Below are positions 37,065-45,490 of a DNA stretch of 64,000 nucleotides, piece by piece (within the stretch, counting starts at the first letter, position 1; every line of letters begins with the position of its first letter). Both the position numbers and the translations under genes were made by a program. The stretch is from Thermoanaerobaculia bacterium (GTDB taxonomy: Bacteria; Acidobacteriota; Thermoanaerobaculia; UBA5066), in contig CAVRAY010000002.1 in NCBI GenBank assembly GCA_963719225.1, positions 672,001 through 736,000 of the forward strand, given 5' to 3'. The notes under the pieces were generated by a model. It saw only the letters and a list, made by a program, of their open reading frames with translations, was not told the DNA's origin and ran no database searches.

Positions 37065-37101
37065 GTGCGGAAACCCGCACGCGGCGTGCGGATGCCCGCT
37101 C
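37065..37101. promoter_or_regulatory. Tandem palindromic UAS pair
   Basis: GTGCGG-AAAC-CCGCAC (37065-37080) and GTGCGG-ATGC-CCGCTC (37086-37101), 21-bp period. Confidence 0.8.
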
Positions 37102-38445
37102 AGTCCGCGGCGGGGGCGAGCCCGAGGGACTTGAGCCGGTCGTAGAGCGTCCGGCGGGCCATCCCGAGGACGGCCGCGGCCTCGGCGACGTTTCCGCCCG
37201 TGTGCTGAAGGACCCGCTCGATGTGCAGGCGCTCCATTTCCTTCATCGTCCCGAGCTCCCCGTCCGGCGTCGCCGTCGGCCTCGCGCCGTCCAGGCTCAC
37301 GTCGAGCCTCTCGAGACGGTCAGCCTTGAGGAGGATCATCGCGCGCTCGAGGACGTTCGCGAGCTCGCGGATGTTCCCGGGCCATGAATATCGGAGAGCT
37401 GTGACTCCGCTTCCGGGCCGAGGACGACCTCGGCCTTTCCCATGCGCGCGCAGACGGCGTGGAGGATGTTCCGCGCCAGGAGCGGGATGTCCTCGCTTCG
37501 CTCGCGCAGGGGAGGGATTTTCAGAGTGAGCGTGCTGACGCGGTAGTAGAGGTCGTCCCGGAACCTCCGCGCGCGCACCGCCTCCTCGAGGTCGAGGTTC
37601 GTCGACGCGAGGAGACGGATGTCGACGTGCCGGTCGCGCACGTCGCCGAGCCGCCGGAAGGTCTTCTCCTCGAGCGCCTTGAGGAGCTTCGGCTGGATCG
37701 CGGGGTCCATGTCGCCGATCTCGTCGAGGAACACGATCCCGCGGTGACCGACCTCGAGAAGCCCCTGCTTCGGGTTCACGGCGCCCGTGAACGCGCCGCG
37801 CTCGTGTCCGAACAGCTCGGACTCGAGAAGCTCGCGCGACAGGCCCGCGCAGTTCAGGTTGACGAACGCCTCTTCGCGCCGCGGCCCGTTCGCGTGGAGC
37901 CAGCGCGCGAGGACGCCCTTGCCCGAGCCTGTCTCGCCGAGGATCAGGACCGGGCTGTCCCACTCGAGCATGAGACGGGCCCGTTCCTCCATCTCGCGGA
38001 TCACCGTGCTCGCGCCGAGAAACGGATCGAACGCCCCCGGCTGCTCGCGCAGGACGAGCTCCTGCTTGCGGCGGAGCCGCTGCTGCTGGAGGAGACGGCG
38101 CACGAGGACGAGGAGGGCCTTGGACTCCACGGGCTTCGTCAGGAACTGCTCGGCGCCTTCCTTGATGGCGCGGACGGCGAGGTCGATGGAGCCGTGCGCC
38201 GTGAGGATGATGAAGGGCGTGTCCTCACTGACCTTCTTGACCTCGGCGAGGAGCTCGAGCGAGGTGCCGTCGGGCAGGCTGTAGTCGGCGATGACGATGT
38301 CGTGCCCGACCTCGCGGAAGCGCTCGAGGGACTTCCGGAGGTTCTCGGCCTCGTCGACGTCGAGGCCGCTCGCGCGGAGGAACGCCGCAAGCCCGTGGCG
38401 GACCGCGGGATCGTCCTCCACAAGGAGGATCCGGGATTCAGCCAC
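37100..38445 (-). CDS. Sigma-54-dependent response regulator (AtoC/NtrC family), frameshift near 37398
   Basis: [36 protein letters not shown]; continues in another frame as [18 protein letters not shown]...HTH; one C is missing in CTC-CTC-CGA. Confidence 0.9.
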
Positions 38446-40334
38446 GCACGGCCTCCGGGAGCTCCATCCGGTGGCGTGGCGCCGGGAGGCGGACGACGAC
38501 GCGCGCCCCGCCCTCCGGCCGGTTGCTCGCCTCGACGGTCCCCCCGTGCTCCTCGACGACGCGCTTGACGATCGAGAGCCCGAGGCCCGTACCGCCCTCG
38601 CGGCGCGTGAAGAACGGCTCGAAGGCGCGCGCGAGCGCCTCAGCCTCGAAGCCGGGGCCCTCGTCGTCGACCGCGAGAGACCACCAGTCATGGCCGGCCG
38701 CGCGCGTGCGCCTCGCCGTGACGGTGACGGTGCTCCGGGCGGGCGCGTGCTGGAGGGCGTTCTCGAGGAGATTGCGGAACACCTGGTGCATGCGACGGGC
38801 ATTCAGCGGAAGGACGAGCTCCGGGTCTTCGAGGTCCACGCGGACGACGCGGTCGGCCGCCGCGGCGGCCGTCTCGCAGGTTCGCCAGGCCCCGTCCAGG
38901 AGCGCGCGCACGTTGCAGGGCTCGGGGTTCAGCGTCCTCGGCTCGCCGTAGTCGCGGAGGTCGTTCATGAGGTTCGAGATCCTCTCGGCGCTCTCCCGGA
39001 GCGCCGAGACGAACGAGGCGTAGCGCGGGTCGTCGCCGAACGTCGCCTCGAGCGCGTCAAGGTTGATCGAGATCCCGTAGACCGGGTTCCGGATCTCGTG
39101 GACGACGCCGCCGACGAGGGCGCGAAGCGACTCCTCGGCGCGTCGCCGCTCCGTGATGTCCGTGCACGTTCCGGCGAGCCGCGCCGGGCGGTTCCCGGCG
39201 TCCCAGGAGACGATCTTTCCGGCGTCGAAGATCCAGATCCACTCGTCCGTCTGCGTGCGGATCCGGTATTCGGCCTGGTACCGCGGAAGGCGTCCCTCGA
39301 GGTGGGCTTGCAGCGCCGCCTCGGCCTGGCGGCGATCCTCGGGGTGAATCCGTTCGAGACCGGCTTCGAGGGTCGGTTCGACGGAGTCGGGCTCGAGACC
39401 GAGGATCTCGAACCAGCGCGAGCCCCGGTACAGGCGGCCCGTGCCGAGGTCCCAGTCCCACAGGGCCTGCTGCGTGCCCCCGAGCGCGTGCGCGAGGCGC
39501 TCCTCGCTCGCGCGCAGGGCCGCGAGCGCTTCCTTCAGGGCCGTGATGTCGCGCGAGATCCCCGCGACGCGGTGGATGCGTCCCCACTTGTTCCGCACGG
39601 GAGTCAGGACCGTCTGAAACACGCGCGTGCGGCCGGCGAGGACGTGCTCTTCCTCGAATTGTAGCGGTCCGCCCTCGGCGAGCGCGCGCTCGAGGTACGG
39701 GATGAGTCGGGCGCTGCTCGTGCCCTCGAGGCACGTCGCGACCGTGCGCCCGGCGAAATCCGGGTTCAGAAAGCCGATCCCGGCGTTCAGGGGAGGGTTC
39801 ACGGTCTGGAAGGTCATGACGCCGTCCTCAGCGATGCCGACGACGTAGATCCAGTCGAAGAGGTTCGGAAAGAGGCCGTCGAGGCGGTGGTCGAAGTCCT
39901 CGGCGGCGGGCGGAGCTTGAGACTCGGGGCGCGGCCGCTCCGCGAACGAGCGCGCGCGAGCGCCCGTTCGCGAGCCTCGCGGAACTGTTCGATGTCGCTG
40001 AAGACCTCCAGGACGCCGGCGCCGAGCATCGCGAGGACGAGGTCCTTGCGGGCGTCCGGGACGCGCGCCACGATCGGCGTGCCGGGATGCCGGTGCTGGA
40101 GCGCACGGACACGCTCGAGACTCTCTCCGCCGCGTACGTCCGTCCAGACGAGGCAGACGTCCGGGGCCCGTGCGAGAGCTCCTCGGACCCTCGCTCGTCG
40201 AGGGCGTCGAGGTCGACCAGGCTCGGCGCCGGCTCCCCGTCCCCAGCGGTGGCGCGCGCGAGTCTCCCCGAGATGCCGGGCGGAACGCCCGTCGCGAAGA
40301 TCTGCCACGCGATCGCGGAACTCGACTGTGCCAT
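38438..40334 (-). CDS. Soluble sensor kinase (degenerate receiver-PAS-PAS-HisKA-HATPase), frameshifts near 40165 and 39910-39960
   Basis: PAS motifs [23 protein letters not shown]; [29 protein letters not shown]; N-terminal part split across three frames; no TM. Confidence 0.85.
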
Positions 40335-40442
40335 GGCGCGAGACCGGCTCCTTCTGCCCCGCAGTCTGGTCCCGCGAACGGCGGCCGCAAACGGTGCGGT
40401 TGAATCAGGCGGGCCCGCCCGCTGCTCCCCCTTCAGCGGGGG

Positions 40443-40525
40443 TCAGGCGCGGGCGGCGCAGCGGGGGCAGAGGCCGCGGAACTTGACGTCGACGCTCTTC
40501 CAGGGAATCGCCGACGTCCACGAGG
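40443..40525 (-). pseudogene. 3' remnant of a Fur/PerR-family gene
   Basis: IPWKSVDVKFRGLCPRCAARA* resembles the C-terminus VESVDVTLRGTCPGCAGGS* of 42728-43147. Confidence 0.6.
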
Positions 40526-40624
40526 CGCGGGGCCAGTCCGCGGTCGTCCGTTGCGGTGCGGCTCACCGGGCGGCGTCCGCGCGGTCCTGTTCCGGTACCC
40601 TCGCGCGATGGAGAGAAGTCCGGG

Positions 40625-41176
40625 ATGACGGCTTCGCCGGGCCGCCCTTCCCTCGGCGCGCTCGCGGGGAGGTTTCTCCTGGTCGGTGCGACGAGCTTCG
40701 GCGGCGGCCTCACGGGCCACCTTCGCCGGGCGCTCGTCGAGGGCCGCCTCTGGCTGACGGAGGACGAGTTCCTCGAGGGCCTCTCGGTCGCCCAGGCGGT
40801 GCCGGGGCCGAACGCGATCAACCTCTCGATTCATGCGGGCTGGAGGCTGCGGGGCGGGGTGGGAGCTCTCGTCGCCGCCGCCTCCGTGATGCTCGTCCCG
40901 CTCGTTTTCGTCTCGGCGCTCGCGGCCGGCTGGGCGGGTGGAACCGCCTTGCCCCGGGCGGCAGGCGTCCTGCGCGCGCTCGGCGCGTTCGGCGTCGGCC
41001 TCATGGCGTCGAGCGGCCTCACGATGCTGCGAGCGGCGTGCTTCGACGCCGCCGATCTTGCCCTCGCGGCGGCGGCGTTCGCCGCCGTCGCCATCTTCGG
41101 GCTGCCGGTGCCGGCGGTACTCTTCGGCTTTGCGGCGCTCTCGGCGCTGCGCAGGCGCACGGCGGGGGCGCGATGA
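40625..41176 (+). CDS. chrA: Short-chain chromate transporter (CHR family), subunit 1
   Basis: GATSFGGG, WLTEDEFLEGLSVAQAVPGPNAIN. Confidence 0.88.
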   Translation: MTASPGRPSLGALAGRFLLVGATSFGGGLTGHLRRALVEGRLWLTEDEFLEGLSVAQAVPGPNAINLSIHAGWRLRGGVGALVAAASVMLVPLVFVSALAAGWAGGTALPRAAGVLRALGAFGVGLMASSGLTMLRAACFDAADLALAAAAFAAVAIFGLPVPAVLFGFAALSALRRRTAGAR

Positions 41177-41694
41177 GCGCGACGATTGCCGAGATCCTGC
41201 GCGTCTTCGCGCTCCTGTCGCTCTCGGCGTTCGGCGGCGGGAACGTCGTGATCCCCGAGATCCAGCGGCAAGCCGTCACCGCGCACGCCTGGCTGACCGC
41301 ACGGGAGTTCACGGAAGCGTTCGCGCTGTCCCGCGCGGCTCCGGGGCCATCGACGCTGTTCGTCCTCCTCGTCGGCTGGCGCGCGGCCGGGGCTCCCGGC
41401 GCGGCCGCGGCCGTCCTCGCGATGTTCCTGCCGGGCGCGGCGCTCATGCAGGGCGCGTGTGCGGCGCTCACGCGGTGGGGCCGCCTGCCGCTCGTCGGCC
41501 GCGCCGTCGCGGCGTTCCGACCCGTCACGGTCGGGCTCGTCCTCGCGAGCGCGGCGGTTATGGCGAAGACGACGGTCGTGGACACGCACACGGGCGTGGT
41601 CGCGCTGCTTGCGCTGGCCGGGGCGACCTTCACGCGTGCGCCGCTGCCCGGCTTGCTCCTCGCGGCGGCGGGCGTGGGCTGGCTGGCGGGATGA
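41173..41694 (+). CDS. chrA: Short-chain chromate transporter (CHR family), subunit 2
   Basis: LSAFGGGN, WLTAREFTEAFALSRAAPGP, RPVTVGLV; ATGA overlap. Confidence 0.88.
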   Translation: MSATIAEILRVFALLSLSAFGGGNVVIPEIQRQAVTAHAWLTAREFTEAFALSRAAPGPSTLFVLLVGWRAAGAPGAAAAVLAMFLPGAALMQGACAALTRWGRLPLVGRAVAAFRPVTVGLVLASAAVMAKTTVVDTHTGVVALLALAGATFTRAPLPGLLLAAAGVGWLAG

Positions 41695-41717
41695 AAGCCG
41701 GGAAAGGAGAGTTCGTC

Positions 41718-42586
41718 ATGACTCTTGGTTCCGTTCGGGCGTTTTCCGTCCTCGCGCTCCTCTCCTTCGGGCTCGCCGCGGCGCCTCCCGCCGGGGAGGG
41801 GACGTTCCGGATCGCCGTGCTCGGCGACACGCACAGCACGGACGGCGTCCACGCGCGGATCGTGGCGGACGTGCTCGCCGCGGCCCCGGACCTCGTCCTG
41901 CATACGGGCGACGTCTCCCTGAAGCCGGGCGAGAACGGCGGCGCGGCCGAGTTCTTCCGGGTCGAGGCGCCGCTCCTGAAGTCCGTCCCGATCGTCGCGG
42001 CCCGCGGGAACCACGACGGCAGCGTCTCGCGCTTCGTCGACACATTCGTCCGGCCGCGCGGCGCGGGCGACGCGTCGTGGTACACGGCGCGGTTCGGGAA
42101 CGTCGCCGTCGTCGTCCTGGACACGAACGAGTCGGTGAGCGCCTCGGGCCCGCAGGGCCTCTGGCTCGAGAGGACGCTCGCGGCTCTCGCGGCGGACCCG
42201 GGCGTCGTCTTCCGGCTCGTCGTCATGCACTGGGGCCCTTCGACTCGGGCTCCGGGCACGGCTCGAACCTCGACGTCCGCACGGAGCTGGTGTCGCTCTT
42301 CGAGCGTTACGGCGTGGACGTCGTGTTCTCAGGACACGATCACATTTTCGAAAGAAGCACCGTCCAAGGCGTGCGTTACGTCGTGACCGGCGGCGGAGGA
42401 GGAGGCGGGGGAAAACACGGGCGGAAGCGGCACGTCCCGATGGGGGCCTCCTTCACGGCGGTCGCGGCGGCGGTCCCGCATTTCTGCCTTCTCGAGATTG
42501 CGGGACACACGCTGCACTTCAGCGCCCGGGAAGCGGAGACGGGCCGGCTGCTCGACGAATTCAACGTCATCAAGGAAGTCAAGTGA
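41718..42586 (+). CDS. Exported calcineurin-like metallophosphoesterase (purple acid phosphatase-like), frameshift near 42237
   Basis: Signal peptide; GDTH, HTGD, RGNHD, MHWGP, then in the next frame FSGHDHIFER, YVVTGGGG; one C is missing in a C run. Confidence 0.85.
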
Positions 42587-42727
42587 CATCCCGTTAGAGG
42601 GAAGTTCCCGATGACCGCGACGATCCGTCTCCTCTTCTCGATGCTCCGAGAAACCTTTCCTTCCCCCGTTCTTTTCGGTCGCGCACGACCTCGAGTGGAA
42701 GGGCGCGAAGACGAGTAGGCGCCGGCC

Positions 42728-43147
42728 TCAGCTCCCGCCCGCGCAGCCGGGGCAGGTGCCGCGGAGCGTGACGTCGACGCTCTCGACCACGTGGCCGGTC
42801 GGGAGGCGGCGCTTCGGGAGAGGCGGCAGCGCGTCGAACGGGACGTCGTGGACACAGCCGCACGTCGTGCAGAGGAAATGGTGGTGCGGCCCGAGGTTCG
42901 CGTCGTAGCGCGCGACGGCGTCGTCGAAGACGAGCTCCTCGATGAGGCCGCTCTCCTTGAGCGAGTGCAGGACGTTGTAGACGGAGGCGCGCGACGTCGT
43001 CGGCTGCGCGCGGTTCACGGCGGTGCCGATCTCCTCGGCCGTCGGATGTGTGGGCGTCGAGGAGAGGTACTCGAGCACGGCGACGCGCTGCTGCGTCACG
43101 CGCAGGCCCTTCTCCTTCAGGCGGTCCACGAGGGCGGTCCGATCCAT
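42728..43147 (-). CDS. Fur-family transcriptional regulator (PerR-like)
   Basis: GLRVTQQR, HPTAEE, SRASVYNVL, RYD, HHHFLCTTCG, CPGC. Confidence 0.93.
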   Translation of the reverse strand: MDRTALVDRLKEKGLRVTQQRVAVLEYLSSTPTHPTAEEIGTAVNRAQPTTSRASVYNVLHSLKESGLIEELVFDDAVARYDANLGPHHHFLCTTCGCVHDVPFDALPPLPKRRLPTGHVVESVDVTLRGTCPGCAGGS

Positions 43148-43154
43148 CAGGAGC

Positions 43155-43169
43155 TTAGATTAAGTCTAA
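43155..43169. promoter_or_regulatory. Per/Fur-box-like 7-1-7 inverted repeat (autoregulatory)
   Basis: TTAGATTAAGTCTAA ending 7 nt before the ATG of the Fur-family gene; resembles TTATAATnATTATAA. Confidence 0.7.
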
Positions 43170-43215
43170 AGATCATCTAATTCAAGAGAGAGAGAAAAAG
43201 AAAGAGGAAGAGTTC

Positions 43216-43309
43216 GGATTTCTGAGAAGGCGCGTGCGGGGCGCAGCTCGCAGGCGCCGCTGGAGCCGCGGGGCTCCGCCGCCCCTCCTTCTTTCTAAGA
43301 AGATCTTCT
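43216..43309. repeat. Degenerate intergenic copy of the palindromic element
   Basis: GGATTTCTGAGAAGG ... CCTTCTTTCTAAGAAGATCTTCT around a GC-rich core. Confidence 0.4.
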
Positions 43310-43367
43310 GACTGCGCCATCCGATGGGGGTGCCTGGAGGCGTTGAGTGGGTCCTCGCGGAGCGGCG

Positions 43368-44075
43368 CTAGTTGATCGTCGCGCCCTGCGCGCTCGTGAT
43401 GAACGGGCGGGCGAGGCGGGTCCAGCGCGGGCCCTTGAAGAAGTCCTGATTCCAGCTCCACATGACGCCGACCGCGCGGCCGAGGAGGTCCGAGATGGGG
43501 CGGGTCCCGAAGAAGCGGGCGTCGCGGCTCTCGTCGCGATTGTCGCCCATCAGGAACACCTCGTGCTCGGGCACCGTGATCGGCCCGAACGTGCGGAAAG
43601 CGGGGCGCTCCGGCAGGATGCGGATCGGATGGGTCCTGTTGCCGAGCTTCTCGGTGGCGAGCAGGACCGTCTCGCCGTCGTCCGCCTTCTGCTCGGGCAG
43701 GAGCTCGGTCGGCTGAGCCTTGCCGTTGATGTAGAGCGTCTCGTTGCGCAGCTCGACGACGTCGCCCGGCAGGCCGACGAGGCGCTTGACGAACGGCACT
43801 GTTCCGCCGTCCGGGTTGCGCACGACGACGACGTCGCCGCGCACGGGAGTCCCGGTCCGGAAGAGCCGGATGTGAGAGAACGGCACGCGGACCTGGTAGG
43901 CCGATTTCCAGACGAAAACCCGGTCGCCCTCGAGGATCGTCGGCTTCATGGACCCCGTCGGAACGACGTACCAGTCGGCCAGAACCGACCGTCCCGTCAG
44001 GATGACGGCGGCCATCAGGACCAGGTGGCGGATGTCCTTGAGGAGTGCAGCGCGCTTTTCGGGAGTAAATGCCAT
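43368..44075 (-). CDS. lepB: Signal peptidase I
   Basis: VPTGSMKPT (catalytic Ser), RGDVVV, FVKRLVGLPGD (Lys), MGDNRDESRDARFFG. Confidence 0.95.
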   Translation of the reverse strand: MAFTPEKRAALLKDIRHLVLMAAVILTGRSVLADWYVVPTGSMKPTILEGDRVFVWKSAYQVRVPFSHIRLFRTGTPVRGDVVVVRNPDGGTVPFVKRLVGLPGDVVELRNETLYINGKAQPTELLPEQKADDGETVLLATEKLGNRTHPIRILPERPAFRTFGPITVPEHEVFLMGDNRDESRDARFFGTRPISDLLGRAVGVMWSWNQDFFKGPRWTRLARPFITSAQGATIN

Positions 44076-44148
44076 GTCGGACGTCGATTCTCGCACATGG
44101 CGTGCCAGGTCCGGCGTCGCCCGGCCGGCCCGCGCTATCCTCGGCGGG

Positions 44149-44631
44149 ATGCCCCGCTACACGGATCGCCATGCCGCCTCGGGCGTGACGTCGCCGCTCC
44201 CCGCCCTCGAGACGTGGCCATCGCAGTACGAAGCGGACTACGAGGTCGTCATCACGATCCCCGAGTTCACGTCCATCTGCCCGAAGACGGGCCTCCCGGA
44301 CTTCGCGACCCTGACGGTGACGTACGTGCCCGACCGGCGCTGCGTCGAGCTGAAGTCTTTCAAGGAGTACGTGAACGCGTTTCGGTCGCTCGGGATTTTC
44401 AACGAAAACGTGGTGAACCGCGTGCTGGAGGACCTCGTCCAGGCGCTCGCCCCGCGGCAGATCGCCGTGCGGGGCGTCTTCACGCCCCGCGGCGGCATCC
44501 AGACGACCGTCGAGGCGCGCGCGCCGCGCGGCCCCGGCGGACCGGGGATCACTTCGGCGCGGTCTTCGGGCGCGAGCCGGGGACGGTCGTCCCGTCGAGA
44601 TTCAGCCGCCGGTAGACGCTCAGCGCGTTGA
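44149..44631 (+). CDS. queF: NADPH-dependent 7-cyano-7-deazaguanine reductase (unimodular QueF)
   Basis: PEFTSICPKTGLPDFA, VELKSFKEY, FTPRGGI; C-terminal tail overlaps the convergent gene. Confidence 0.93.
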   Translation: MPRYTDRHAASGVTSPLPALETWPSQYEADYEVVITIPEFTSICPKTGLPDFATLTVTYVPDRRCVELKSFKEYVNAFRSLGIFNENVVNRVLEDLVQALAPRQIAVRGVFTPRGGIQTTVEARAPRGPGGPGITSARSSGASRGRSSRRDSAAGRRSAR

Positions 44632-45490
44632 CCGCGCTGAGCTCGCGCGGGCAGTACTCGCCGAGCCGCTCGGCCGCGAGCTCGCCGGAGACGCGGGCCT
44701 CGGGCGCGTTCTGCTTCTTCTTCTCGATGAGGAACGAGAGCAGGCTCGTGAGGTAGCGGCGCGTCTTCTCGATCTCGGGCGCCGCCTGCGCGGCCGGGTT
44801 CCCGCGCGAGGCAACGAGGCCGACGGCATTGAGGGCGTCGAGGCGGTCGAGGGCGAGGAGCCAGCCCTTGATGTCGGAGTCGGGGTCCGAGAGCATCGGG
44901 CACCTCTCCGGCGTCACGAGGTCGCCGACGAACGCGGTCCGCGTCACGGCGTCGAAGACGTACAGGTCCGAGCTCGTGTGCGCGTTCGCAGGCGCCACGC
45001 CGATCTCGAGGCGCAGCTTTCCGGCGACGAGGAGCACCCGCTCGCCGACACCGATGACGTTCGGTGCGGGGCCCTTCAGGCGGCCCACGAAGTCGACGAG
45101 GAGAGACGCCGTCTTCGCGTTCACGAAGATCGTCGCGTCGGACGGCAGGAACGTCGCGAGGCCGTCGTTCGAGTCGGCGTGGAGGTGCGTCAGCGCGATC
45201 CACTTCACCGGCTTGTTCTTCGTGGTCCGCGCGATCTCGGCCTTCAGGCTCTTGGCGTCCGCGGCGCTCGAGCCCGTGTCGATCAGGAAGACTCCCGAGC
45301 CCGTGTCGAGCCACGAGCAGATCGTGCCCCCGAACGCGCCGTACCAGAGGCCGACGTCCTTGAACGGCTGGGCGACCTTCACGGGGCCCGCGGCTGGCGC
45401 GCTCGCCTCGGGCGGCGCGGGGGCCGCCAGGAGGGCGGAAGCGGAGGCGGCGAGTGCCGCGGCGACGAGACGGGAGGCGAGTCGGTTCAT
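44549..45490 (-). CDS. Exported metallo-beta-lactamase-fold protein with degenerate metal site
   Basis: Signal peptide; FLIDTG, LTHLHADSNDG, AHTSSD, FVGDL. Confidence 0.8.
   Translation of the reverse strand: MNRLASRLVAAALAASASALLAAPAPPEASAPAAGPVKVAQPFKDVGLWYGAFGGTICSWLDTGSGVFLIDTGSSAADAKSLKAEIARTTKNKPVKWIALTHLHADSNDGLATFLPSDATIFVNAKTASLLVDFVGRLKGPAPNVIGVGERVLLVAGKLRLEIGVAPANAHTSSDLYVFDAVTRTAFVGDLVTPERCPMLSDPDSDIKGWLLALDRLDALNAVGLVASRGNPAAQAAPEIEKTRRYLTSLLSFLIEKKKQNAPEARVSGELAAERLGEYCPRELSAVNALSVYRRLNLDGTTVPGSRPKTAPK

Noticed and set aside
37390-37405. Programmed ribosomal frameshift in the activator
   Set aside because: No slippery heptamer or stimulatory structure; a simple one-base loss explains it.
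44549-44631. 83-bp convergent overlap between queF and the MBL-fold gene as a functional dual-coding region
   Set aside because: The QueF domain ends before the overlap; the tail is low-complexity read-through, common in GC-rich genomes.
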